Notes under the pieces: model-generated
The model's input: only the letters and a program-made list of their open reading frames with translations
What the model was told of the DNA's origin: nothing
Databases searched by the model: none
Translations under genes and position numbers: made by a program
Assembly (NCBI GenBank): GCA_030601615.1
Contig: JAUVTH010000001.1
Span: 1-35,486 of the forward strand
Direction of reading: 5' to 3'
Length of the DNA: 35,486 nt
From: Gemmatimonadota bacterium
Lineage (GTDB): Bacteria; Gemmatimonadota; Gemmatimonadetes; Palauibacterales; Palauibacteraceae
Part shown: positions 24,826 to 32,888 of the stretch, one piece after another
Layout: the number at the start of each line of letters is the position of its first letter
Numbering within the stretch: the first letter of the stretch is position 1

Positions 24826-25992
24826 TCAGGTAATGGGCAGTTCCGAATCCAGCAGTGCGCGGGCGACAGTCAGATCGGGCCGCTCCCCAAGATCGAGCGT
24901 GCTCGGCTCCTCGATACGATTCCAGTCGGCATCCCAGACCAGCTCGATCCGGGGTCGGAGTATGTTGGCTGGATCCGTGGCGACCACGCGCCCGATCTCT
25001 CCCGAGCTGATCTGCACGTAGCTGTCGAGCGGGAAGGCCGAGATCTCATTGACAAGCGCCGAAACGACCTGGGGAGAAAAATACTCCTCTTGCATTCCGA
25101 CGACTCTCTCGAGCGCCTGCAGGGCAGTGTAGGGAGACCGGTACGTGCGGGGGTGCGACAGGGCCTCGAACACGTCCGCCACTCCGATGATCCGAGCGAT
25201 CGGGTCGAGTTCCTCGTCGCGCAGGCCGTACGGATAACCCTGGCCGCGTGCTCGCTCGTGCTCCTGCAGAACGGCTCGCTTCAGCCACTCGCATCGCGGC
25301 GCGCAGCGCTCGAGGATTTCTGCGCCATAGATCGGGTGCTGCTGGAGGGCCTCTCGCTCCTTCTCCGACCATGTGCCCTGTTTGCGGAGCATTTCCTTGG
25401 GGAGCTTGGCCATGCCAATGTCGTGCAGCAGTCCGGCGTGTATGACTTCGACCGCGTCCTCGATGTCGGACACCATGCCGAGAGCGATCTTCCCTCCCAG
25501 GACGGCCACGTTCACGCAGTGACTCGCCAGGTCGTAGCTCTCGTGCGGCTCGAGGCACCGGTTGACGAGACTGTTGTCTCGCAGGAGGTCGGTGTGCATC
25601 CGCTCGGCGAACAGTCGGCCCTGGTCAAAGTCCGGCTCTTCGCCAGTGCGGACTGCCGATAAAGTGTCCTCGACGTAAGCGCGCGCGTCCTCGTACAGGC
25701 GATTAGGCTCGAACGGCCGGGGAGACCGTGCACGGACCTCGGTTCCCGGTCGGGGGCCATCAGCCGCACGCCGGGGCTCTCGGGCCAGGTCCGCGAGAAG
25801 CGACGCGTTGAGAGCCGTGAGAATCAGCTCACCCTGTTCGGCGATCCCGTCCCACACGGCATGCTTGCTGTCAGCGGTACGCACGACTCCAGGGAAGGCC
25901 GCCAGGGCATCCCTCAGCTCCGGCGTCAGCTCGGCGTCCCCCAGGAGGACGACCAGTCTCGGCTTTCCGGCGTTGTCCTTGTCGTTGCTCAT
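24826..25992 (-). CDS. HD-GYP domain protein (putative c-di-GMP phosphodiesterase) with an uncharacterised N-terminal domain
   Basis: HD motif GLLHDIGMAKLP and GYP motif EHERARGQGYPYGL in the C-terminal half. The start ATG is the complement of 25990-25992 (MSNDKDNAGKPRLVVLLGD...), preceded by GGAAGGAA. The track start at 26184 adds 64 non-conserved residues. Confidence 0.88.
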   Translation of the reverse strand: MSNDKDNAGKPRLVVLLGDAELTPELRDALAAFPGVVRTADSKHAVWDGIAEQGELILTALNASLLADLAREPRRAADGPRPGTEVRARSPRPFEPNRLYEDARAYVEDTLSAVRTGEEPDFDQGRLFAERMHTDLLRDNSLVNRCLEPHESYDLASHCVNVAVLGGKIALGMVSDIEDAVEVIHAGLLHDIGMAKLPKEMLRKQGTWSEKEREALQQHPIYGAEILERCAPRCEWLKRAVLQEHERARGQGYPYGLRDEELDPIARIIGVADVFEALSHPRTYRSPYTALQALERVVGMQEEYFSPQVVSALVNEISAFPLDSYVQISSGEIGRVVATDPANILRPRIELVWDADWNRIEEPSTLDLGERPDLTVARALLDSELPIT

Positions 25993-26109
25993 GCTGTTCC
26001 TTCCAAGGTGTCTCCGGTCGTGCCACGACGGTGCTGGATGTACGCTGCCACGAGTATTCTTTGCAAGTTCCGGGCTCGCGTGACGCCTCGAGCCCATCCA
26101 TCTTACGTC

Positions 26110-26526
26110 ATGCACAAGAAATACCTGCTTTTCGGCGCCGTGTCCGCTTTCATCGGGGTGGCCGCCGGCGCGTTCGGCGCTCACGGCCTCGAGTCACGGA
26201 TACCGGCGGACCTGCTTGCGGTTTACGAGACGGGTGTGCGTTACGAGCTGACGCACGCGATGGCGCTCCTGTTCGTAGGTCTGGCGACCGAGCGCTGGCC
26301 GGATGCGCATTGGGCAAGAGCCGGCTGGATGTTCGTCGCCGGAACGATCGTATTCTCGGGGAGCCTCTACCTCCTGGCGCTCACCGGAGTGCGCTGGCTG
26401 GGGGCCGTTACTCCGCTGGGAGGGCTGTGCTTCCTCCTGGGTTGGGTTTTCGCTGCCACTGCTGCTGTTCGCTCGGACGGTCGCGGCCTCGGTACCGGAC
26501 AGGCAGCAGGCTCCGCCGGTTCATAG
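26110..26526 (+). CDS. DUF423 (YgdD/TMEM256-like) small membrane protein
   Basis: 138 aa with four hydrophobic helices. GAFGAHGL near the N-terminus, Y...HA.ALL, and [11 protein letters not shown] are typical of DUF423. The ATG at 26110 is used; the track start at 25861 lies antisense in the HD-GYP gene. Confidence 0.8.
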   Translation: MHKKYLLFGAVSAFIGVAAGAFGAHGLESRIPADLLAVYETGVRYELTHAMALLFVGLATERWPDAHWARAGWMFVAGTIVFSGSLYLLALTGVRWLGAVTPLGGLCFLLGWVFAATAAVRSDGRGLGTGQAAGSAGS

Positions 26527-27072
26527 GCGGGGCGGTGTGACCCCCGTCTGGCCCTGGTACTTGCCTTTCTTGTCGGCGTAGCTCGTCTCACAGTCCTCGT
26601 CCGACTCGAAGAACAGGACCTGGGCAATGCCCTCGTTCGCATAGATCCTCGCCGGAAGCGGAGTCGTATTGCTGATCTCCAGCGTCACGTGGCCTTCCCA
26701 CTCGGGCTCGAACGGAGTGACGTTGGTGATGATGCCGCAGCGGGCGTACGTGCTTTTTCCGACGCAGATCGTCAGGACGTTGCGCGGGATGCGGAAGTAC
26801 TCCACAGAGCGCGCGAGGGCGAAGGAGTTCGGAGGCACGATGCAGAAGTCGCCCTGGTATTCGATGAAGGAGCGCTCGTCGAACGACTTTGGATCGACGA
26901 GGGGAGACAGGGCGTTGTGGAAGATCCGAAATTCGTCGGAAACGCGCATGTCGTAGCCGTAGCTGGAGAGTCCGTACGAGATGACGCCCTCACTGACCTG
27001 GCCATCGATAAACGGCTCGATCATCCCGTGCTCATGTGCCATGCGTCGGATCCATCGGTCGCTCTTGATCAT
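26521..27072 (-). CDS. dcd: dCTP deaminase
   Basis: [12 protein letters not shown]...MIEPF....V....[13 protein letters not shown]...F..F, then [10 protein letters not shown] and [14 protein letters not shown] motifs. The start ATG is the complement of 27070-27072 and overlaps the upstream hydrolase stop (ATGA on the minus strand). Confidence 0.93.
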   Translation of the reverse strand: MIKSDRWIRRMAHEHGMIEPFIDGQVSEGVISYGLSSYGYDMRVSDEFRIFHNALSPLVDPKSFDERSFIEYQGDFCIVPPNSFALARSVEYFRIPRNVLTICVGKSTYARCGIITNVTPFEPEWEGHVTLEISNTTPLPARIYANEGIAQVLFFESDEDCETSYADKKGKYQGQTGVTPPRL

Positions 27073-27935
27073 CCTGTGTCGTATCCTCTTTCCCTGTCCT
27101 GGACTGTTTGAAGCAGATCCGCGAGAAGCGCAGCTGTCTCGTCGGGTTTTTCCTCCGGTGCCGAGTGTCCGCAATCCGGCAGCAGGTCAAACGACGCGCC
27201 CAGCTCTCCCGCCCACCTCTTAGCCAACTCCGCACCGATACGCCGGTCGTGCACGCCGGCCACGATTCCGACTGGCCGGTCGGTCCTTCGCGCCCACGGC
27301 CTCAGCTCCTCGGGGTGCCAGGCCTCCAGGATTCCGGGGAGCGCTGCCGCCCTGGCAGGATCACGCCACGGAGCCGCGTACCGGCTCACGGTTTCGTCGG
27401 TCACATGGCGGTCGTCTGCGAACACTCGCCGCACGAGGATATAGCGAGTGAGCGGTCGGCGGAAGATCCGCAGCACCGGTCCGAGGCCGGAGCGAACGAG
27501 AGGAAGGGAAAGCAAACCGAGGAGCGCCGGTCGGCGCACATCGGGAGTGATAGGGTTTACGAGGAAGAGACCCCGGGCATCAATACGCTCTGCTGCCGCG
27601 ACGGCGATGGCGGCGCCGTGGGAATGGCCGGCGAGCACGGGGCGGAATACCCGCAAGCGCTCGAGCGCCGAAACCACCCTCCTGACCTCCGATTCCAGGT
27701 CGTAGCCGGCGTGGGGGGCGATGTCGGAGTCGCCTCGCCCCAGCAGATCCATCAGGAGGAACCGGTGCCGGTCCGCCAGCCGACGTGCAACCGGTCTCCA
27801 TGTTGCGCGGTTCGCGCTCAAACCGTGGAGGCAGACGACCACCAGTTGGCCTTCCGCGCGGCCATGCCGCTCCACCGCGAGGCGACCGTCCGACGTCTCG
27901 ATTCGTTCTAACACTTGTCCCGGAACGCCGACCAT
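27069..27935 (-). CDS. Alpha/beta-fold hydrolase
   Basis: HG oxyanion context [14 protein letters not shown], the nucleophile elbow [10 protein letters not shown], and a C-terminal [10 protein letters not shown] (catalytic His). ATG start at 27935 (MVGVPG...); an upstream TTG at 27974 is an alternative. Confidence 0.85.
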   Translation of the reverse strand: MVGVPGQVLERIETSDGRLAVERHGRAEGQLVVVCLHGLSANRATWRPVARRLADRHRFLLMDLLGRGDSDIAPHAGYDLESEVRRVVSALERLRVFRPVLAGHSHGAAIAVAAAERIDARGLFLVNPITPDVRRPALLGLLSLPLVRSGLGPVLRIFRRPLTRYILVRRVFADDRHVTDETVSRYAAPWRDPARAAALPGILEAWHPEELRPWARRTDRPVGIVAGVHDRRIGAELAKRWAGELGASFDLLPDCGHSAPEEKPDETAALLADLLQTVQDRERGYDTG

Positions 27936-28035
27936 GCTCTCTTGTGTCGCGCGGCCCCGCGAAACACTCGCCAAAGTGCCGAAAAGGCCTGTATGACAGC
28001 ATAATAGCGTGTTTTCGGTGGCCGTGCCCGCTTGC

Positions 28036-28065
28036 TTGACGCTACACGGCGGGCAGCGCTATTAT
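28036..28065 (+). promoter_or_regulatory. Candidate sigma70-type promoter of the nuo operon: TTGACG - 18 nt - TATTAT
   Basis: TTGACG at 28036-28041 and TATTAT at 28060-28065, in the relatively AT-rich 134-173 bp divergent intergenic region (its size depends on which hydrolase start is used). The -10 hexamer lies about 44 nt upstream of the nuoA ATG. Confidence 0.45.
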
Positions 28066-28075
28066 CGGCACGGTT

Positions 28076-28091
28076 CGTGAACAATTTCACA
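28076..28091. promoter_or_regulatory. CRP/FNR-family-like palindrome CGTGA-N6-TCACA
   Basis: CGTGAACAATTTCACA matches TGTGA-N6-TCACA at 9 of 10 half-site positions. It lies just downstream of the candidate -10 element and upstream of the nuoA start codon. Confidence 0.35.
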
Positions 28092-28108
28092 AACGATGTG
28101 GACGGGCG

Positions 28109-28465
28109 ATGAAGCAGGCATACATCGGCGTCGTGATACTGTTCGTTGTCGGATTGCTCACTTCGGGCATGTTCCTCCTGTTGTCTCACCTGGCTAGCGC
28201 ATATCGGCCCAGCGCTGTCAAGGCGATGCCGTATGAGTCGGGCATCGACCCCCTGGGTGATACGAGGCAGCGCTATTCGGTCAAGTTCTACATCGTCGCG
28301 ATGCTTTTCATCGTGTTCGACATCGAAGTCATATTCTTCCTGCCCTGGGCGGTCATTTTTCGAGATCTGGGGCTCTTCGGACTGATCGAGATGTTCATCT
28401 TCATCTTCGTCCTCGCCGTGGGGCTGGCCTACGCGTGGAGGAAGGGTGCGCTGGAGTGGGACTGA
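28109..28465 (+). CDS. nuoA: NADH-quinone oxidoreductase subunit A
   Basis: 118 aa, three TM helices, and the conserved YESGIDP and FD.E..F..PWA motifs. First gene of the nuo cluster. Confidence 0.93.
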   Translation: MKQAYIGVVILFVVGLLTSGMFLLLSHLASAYRPSAVKAMPYESGIDPLGDTRQRYSVKFYIVAMLFIVFDIEVIFFLPWAVIFRDLGLFGLIEMFIFIFVLAVGLAYAWRKGALEWD

Positions 28466-28468
28466 CGT

Positions 28469-29170
28469 ATGGCCGATGAACGAAAGAGGCTTCCGACAAT
28501 GAACCCGGCGGGCGGGGACGTGGACACCGGGGCCCCCGTGTCGTGGATCACTACCAAAGTCGATGCAGTGGTTAACTGGTCGCGTCGCAATTCGCTGTGG
28601 CCGATGCCGATGGGAACGGCGTGCTGCGCGATCGAGATGATGGCATCGGCCACATCCAAGTTCGACATCGCCCGCTTCGGCGCTGAGCGGTTTTCGTTCA
28701 GCCCCCGCCAGGCCGACCTGATGATCGTGGCCGGGCGCGTGTCCTATAAGATGGCTCCGATCCTCAGACGGATCTGGGACCAGATGCCTCAGCCCAAGTG
28801 GTGCATCTCGATGGGGGCATGCGCCAGCTCGGGGGGGATGTTCGACAACTACACGATCGTACAGGGGATCGACCAGCTCGTGCCGGTCGATGTCTACATT
28901 CCAGGCTGCCCGCCGCGGCCGGAGAGCCTTCTGTACGGTCTCATGATGATCCAGGAAAAGATCAAGGGAGAGTCCCTGATGAACCCGGTGCACCGGGAAG
29001 AGAGTCCGGACTCCGCGGGCCAGCCCAACCTGCCGCCTGAGGCCATCGAGCTCGTGGCCCAGCCGTTCGGCAACTCGACGGGTCAGAACCGGGTGAGCGG
29101 AGTGGAGGGCACTTCCGCTGTTCGACGTCCCCGGGATCGCCGCGAGCGTCTCCTGGAGCACCAGGACTGA
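28469..29170 (+). CDS. nuoB: NADH-quinone oxidoreductase subunit B, with an extended C-terminal tail
   Basis: N2-cluster ligand motifs [19 protein letters not shown] and IPGCPPRPE. About 80 residues follow GCPPRPE, and the last 55 or so are low-complexity. Confidence 0.94.
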   Translation: MADERKRLPTMNPAGGDVDTGAPVSWITTKVDAVVNWSRRNSLWPMPMGTACCAIEMMASATSKFDIARFGAERFSFSPRQADLMIVAGRVSYKMAPILRRIWDQMPQPKWCISMGACASSGGMFDNYTIVQGIDQLVPVDVYIPGCPPRPESLLYGLMMIQEKIKGESLMNPVHREESPDSAGQPNLPPEAIELVAQPFGNSTGQNRVSGVEGTSAVRRPRDRRERLLEHQD

Positions 29171-29173
29171 GCA

Positions 29174-31012
29174 ATGCCTTCAACCCTTGCACCATCCATA
29201 CCTGACCTGGTGATCGGTGCGGAGCCGCTGATCGACGCGGAGCAGAGTCCATCGGTCCAGGCGTTGCGGAGCCGTTTCGGAGAAGCAGTCCGTGCGGTCC
29301 GGACAGATCCGGTCGGCACTCCTGTGATCACGATTGAGCCGGCGCGAGTTCACGAGGCGCTGAGCTTCCTGAAGACGGATGCGGGTCAGAGCTATGACCT
29401 GCTCCTCGACGTGATGGGGGCCGATCCCGGCGGTGACCTCGTGATCCAGGTGTGGTACCAGCTGTGGTCGATGCAGCATGGTCACATGCTGCGGCTCCTG
29501 GTCCTCCTGCCGCGTTCGGAATTGTGCGTCCAGAGCGCAGTGGACCTCTACGCTGCGGCCGACTGGCTCGGGCGTGAAGTCTATGACATGTATGGAGTGC
29601 ACTTTGAAGGCCACCCCGACCTTCGGCGAATCCTGATGCCGGAGAATTACGACGAGGGCTTCCCGCTTCGGAAGGACTTTCCGCTGCGGGGTCGGTTCAC
29701 GCGCTCCGAGCAGGTGAGGCGCGCCCTCAATCGTTCGATGGAGGATGTCTACGCGAGGGAAGAGCTCGCGCTGGCCGGCGTCCTTGAGACAGGGGCTCCT
29801 GCGGATCCGGGTCCCGAGGAAGGGCAGGAGGCCCCGGACGGTCTGGCAGGCCAGAAGATGGTCATCAACATGGGGCCCCAGCACCCGGCCACGCACGGCG
29901 TCCTTCGGCTCGTGCTGCAGCTTGACGGCGAGACCGTCGTGCGGTGCATCCCCCACATCGGCTACCTGCACACAGGCATCGAAAAGACGTGCGAGTACCG
30001 CGAGTGGAACCAGGTAATCCCGTACACGGACCGGATGGACTACCTGGCGCCCATGCTCTATAACGTCGGATACGTCCTCGCCGTCGAGAGCTTGCTAGGC
30101 GCAGATATCACGCCACGCTGCCGCGTCGTCCGCGTCATCCTGAGCGAGCTGAACCGGATTCTCGGCCACCTGCTGTGGTTGGGCACGGGCGCGATGGACC
30201 TCGGCGCGACGACCGTGTTTCTGTACACGTTCTCGGAGCGCGAGCGCATCTACAATCTCCACGAGGCTTACTGCGGCGGGCGGATCACCACATCAGTCAC
30301 CCGCGTGGGAGGCATGCTTGCGGACCTGCCCGTTGGGTGGCTGGAGGCCTGTCGCGAGTTCGTCAACGGCTTGCCCGCGACCCTTGACGAGACCGAGCGA
30401 CTCCTCACCAAGAACTCGATCTGGCAGGCGCGCATGATCGATGTCGGGGTGATCGACGCCGAGACGGCTCTCGGCCTCGGACTCACGGGGCCGAATCTTC
30501 GTGGGAGTGGCGTGGCGTACGACGTCCGCAAGGCTCGTCCCTACCTCGGGTACGATGAGTACGACTTCGACGTTCCGGTGGGGGTGGTGGGCGACACGTA
30601 TGATCGCTACCTGGTTCGTCTCGAGGAAATGCGGCAGAGCGTGCGGATAGTCCAGCAGGCCCTGGACCGGCTGCCCGGTGGACCGATCAACGTGCAGGAT
30701 CCTGCGGTGATCCTGCCGGACAAGAGCGAGGCCATGTCCTCGATCGACGCTATGATCTCGCACTTCAAGCTCGTCATGGAGGGCCTTCAGGTTCCGGCGG
30801 GCGACGTCTGGTACTCGATCGAGGCCACCAAGGGCGAGCTCGGCTTCGGGATCATTTCCGATGGCGGATCGAAGCCCGTGCGCTGCCGATTCCGCGGTCC
30901 CTCGTTCGTGAATCTGGCTTCGCTTCCTCACATGGTGGAGGGCGGACTCGTCTCTGACGTCATCACCTGCAATGCGTCGATCGACATCGTCCTGGGCGAG
31001 ATCGATCGATGA
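29174..31012 (+). CDS. nuoCD: Fused NADH-quinone oxidoreductase subunits C and D
   Basis: N-terminal NuoC (30-kDa subunit) motifs ...ADWLGREVYDMYGVHFEGHPDLRRILMPE..EGFPLRKDFPL, then a Pro/Glu/Gly-rich linker. NuoD (49-kDa subunit) follows: MVINMGPQHPATHGVLRL...HIGYLHTGIEK... ending in ...DIVLGEIDR. It is a single uninterrupted 612-aa frame. Confidence 0.94.
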   Translation: MPSTLAPSIPDLVIGAEPLIDAEQSPSVQALRSRFGEAVRAVRTDPVGTPVITIEPARVHEALSFLKTDAGQSYDLLLDVMGADPGGDLVIQVWYQLWSMQHGHMLRLLVLLPRSELCVQSAVDLYAAADWLGREVYDMYGVHFEGHPDLRRILMPENYDEGFPLRKDFPLRGRFTRSEQVRRALNRSMEDVYAREELALAGVLETGAPADPGPEEGQEAPDGLAGQKMVINMGPQHPATHGVLRLVLQLDGETVVRCIPHIGYLHTGIEKTCEYREWNQVIPYTDRMDYLAPMLYNVGYVLAVESLLGADITPRCRVVRVILSELNRILGHLLWLGTGAMDLGATTVFLYTFSERERIYNLHEAYCGGRITTSVTRVGGMLADLPVGWLEACREFVNGLPATLDETERLLTKNSIWQARMIDVGVIDAETALGLGLTGPNLRGSGVAYDVRKARPYLGYDEYDFDVPVGVVGDTYDRYLVRLEEMRQSVRIVQQALDRLPGGPINVQDPAVILPDKSEAMSSIDAMISHFKLVMEGLQVPAGDVWYSIEATKGELGFGIISDGGSKPVRCRFRGPSFVNLASLPHMVEGGLVSDVITCNASIDIVLGEIDR

Positions 31013-31028
31013 TCGATACGGAGATCCA

Positions 31029-31571
31029 GTGAAGAATCCGATACATCCGGCGGCCGCCAGCTCCCAGGCGTTCCAGATAGCCGAGATCCGTCCTATCGAG
31101 CGGCTATTCGAGGACGACGAAGGCAGGGATCGGCTGGAGAAGGCGCTGAGCCGCTACCCTGAGAAACGAGCGGCCCTTCTGCCGATGCTTGGATATGCCC
31201 AGGAGAGGAATGGCTGGGTTTCGGACGAAAGTATGGAGCAGATCGCCGGTGCGTTGGATCTGACCCCGGCATATGTCAGATCCGTCGCCACGTTCTACAC
31301 CATGTACAATAAGCACCCCGTCGGCAGGCACTTTATCCAGGTTTGCACGTGCATATCGTGCCACCTGCACGAGGCGGACGAGGTGTTCGAGCGATTCCTC
31401 GCCGAGACCGGGACGCGGGCGGGCGAGGTGTCCGAAGACGGCAAGTATACCGTGATCGAGGCTGAGTGCCTCGGCGCGTGCGGATTCGCAACGGCGGTGC
31501 AGGTCAACGACCGTTATTTCGAGAACGTGACGCCGGACCAGATTCCGGCGATCCTGGACGAACTGGACTAG
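31029..31571 (+). CDS. nuoE: NADH-quinone oxidoreductase subunit E
   Basis: YP.KRAALLP.L..AQ...W, and 2Fe-2S ligands CTCISCH...CLGACGFATAVQVND. The GTG at 31029 lies after the nuoCD stop with GGAGA upstream. The track start at 30972 overlaps nuoCD. Confidence 0.9.
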   Translation: MKNPIHPAAASSQAFQIAEIRPIERLFEDDEGRDRLEKALSRYPEKRAALLPMLGYAQERNGWVSDESMEQIAGALDLTPAYVRSVATFYTMYNKHPVGRHFIQVCTCISCHLHEADEVFERFLAETGTRAGEVSEDGKYTVIEAECLGACGFATAVQVNDRYFENVTPDQIPAILDELD

Positions 31572-31585
31572 GCGGGCGACAACCG

Positions 31586-32857
31586 ATGGGTTACCCGTAC
31601 AGCCACGACCTGGAAGTCAACACGCTCCTCTCGCGCCACTTCGGCGACGAGAAGGCGCGGACGCTTGAGGGTTGGAAGGAGCTCGGGGGGTACGCCACGC
31701 TTCCCAGGGCGCTGGAGATGGAGCCTGGCGCGATCACCGAGGTGGTGAAGGAGTCGGGCCTCCGGGGCAGGGGAGGAGCTGGTTTTCCGACCGGCGTGAA
31801 ATGGAGCTTCATGCCCCAGGAGCCGACCGGTCCACATTACCTGTGCTGCAACGCGGACGAGAGTGAGCCCGGCGCGTTCAAGGATCGCGAGATCCTGCGT
31901 TGGGTGCCGCACCTGCTGATCGAAGGATGCCTGATCGCGGCGCGAGCGATCCGCGCCGAGCACGTCTACATCTATGTGCGCGGGGAGTTCTTCCCGTTCA
32001 GCCGGATTGTCACCGACGCAGTCGTCGAGGCTTACGAGGCCGGGTACGTCGGAGAGAACATCCTGGGCAGCGGTTGGAATTGCGACGTGACCGTGCACAT
32101 CGGAGCCGGGGCCTACATCGCGGGTGAAGAAACGGGGCTCATGAGCTCGCTGATGGGAGGACGGGCGGAACCCTGGATCAAGCCCCCGTTCCCGGCGCAG
32201 GCGGGCGTCTTCGGTCGTCCCACCACGGTCAACAACGTCGAGACTCTCGCGGCTGTGCCGATGATCGTCGCCGAGGGTGCGGACTGGTACAGGCAGTGGG
32301 GCACAGAGAAGAGCCCGGGGACCAAGTTGTGGTGCTGTTCGGGACACCTGGTCAGACCCGGTACGTATGAGCTTCCCATGGGGATCGCGCTCAAGGACGT
32401 GATCTACGACGTGTGCGGCGGAGCTCCGAACGGGAAGAAGATCAAGGCAGTGATCCCGGGTGGGTCGTCCACCGCCATGCTGACAGCGGACGAGCTCGAT
32501 TGCGAGGGCACGTACGAGGGGATGGCCGAGGCGGGAAGCGCGCTGGGAACGGCATCACCCATCGTGATGGACGAAGACACGAACATCGTCCGGGCCATGC
32601 GCAGGATCGCCCAGTTTTATGCCCACGAGTCCTGCGGTCAGTGTGTGCAGTGCCGTGAGGGTACATCGTGGACGGCGCAGCTTCTGCACCGCATCGAACG
32701 CGGTGAGGGCAGCCTGTCGGACATCGACACGCTGTACCACCTGTGCGAGCAGATGACGGGGCGCACGATCTGTCCCCTGGCGGACAGCGTCGTGTTCCCG
32801 CTCCGCTCCTCGCTGGACAAGTTCCGAGACGAATACGAAGCGCTGATCAGGTGCTGA
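31586..32857 (+). CDS. nuoF: NADH-quinone oxidoreductase subunit F
   Basis: FMN/NADH motifs GLRGRGGAGFPTG.KW, CNADESEPG.FKDR and GAGAYI.GEETGL, plus the N3 cluster ESCGQCVQCREG...CPL. The ATG at 31586 gives 423 aa. The track start at 31466 overlaps nuoE. Confidence 0.95.
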   Translation: MGYPYSHDLEVNTLLSRHFGDEKARTLEGWKELGGYATLPRALEMEPGAITEVVKESGLRGRGGAGFPTGVKWSFMPQEPTGPHYLCCNADESEPGAFKDREILRWVPHLLIEGCLIAARAIRAEHVYIYVRGEFFPFSRIVTDAVVEAYEAGYVGENILGSGWNCDVTVHIGAGAYIAGEETGLMSSLMGGRAEPWIKPPFPAQAGVFGRPTTVNNVETLAAVPMIVAEGADWYRQWGTEKSPGTKLWCCSGHLVRPGTYELPMGIALKDVIYDVCGGAPNGKKIKAVIPGGSSTAMLTADELDCEGTYEGMAEAGSALGTASPIVMDEDTNIVRAMRRIAQFYAHESCGQCVQCREGTSWTAQLLHRIERGEGSLSDIDTLYHLCEQMTGRTICPLADSVVFPLRSSLDKFRDEYEALIRC

Positions 32858-32888
32858 GACCAGAGCTATATCGAGGAGTCGCCGACGG

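Noticed and set aside
24802-25662. 286-aa plus-strand ORF
   Set aside because: It is antisense to the HD-GYP gene, whose HD and GYP motifs define the minus-strand frame.
26016-26028. 6-1-6 palindrome GTCGTGCCACGAC in the HD-GYP/DUF423 divergent region
   Set aside because: It is short enough to occur by chance, has no second copy in the window, and resembles no known operator. Noted only.
27908-29161. 417-aa minus-strand ORF
   Set aside because: It is antisense to nuoA and nuoB (clear YESGIDP and CCAIEMM/GCPPRPE motifs on the plus strand) and runs through the promoter region. It is a shadow ORF. The same reasoning applies to 29180-29971, 33291-34313, 34429-34917 and 34963-35448 (antisense to nuoCD, nuoG and nuoH).
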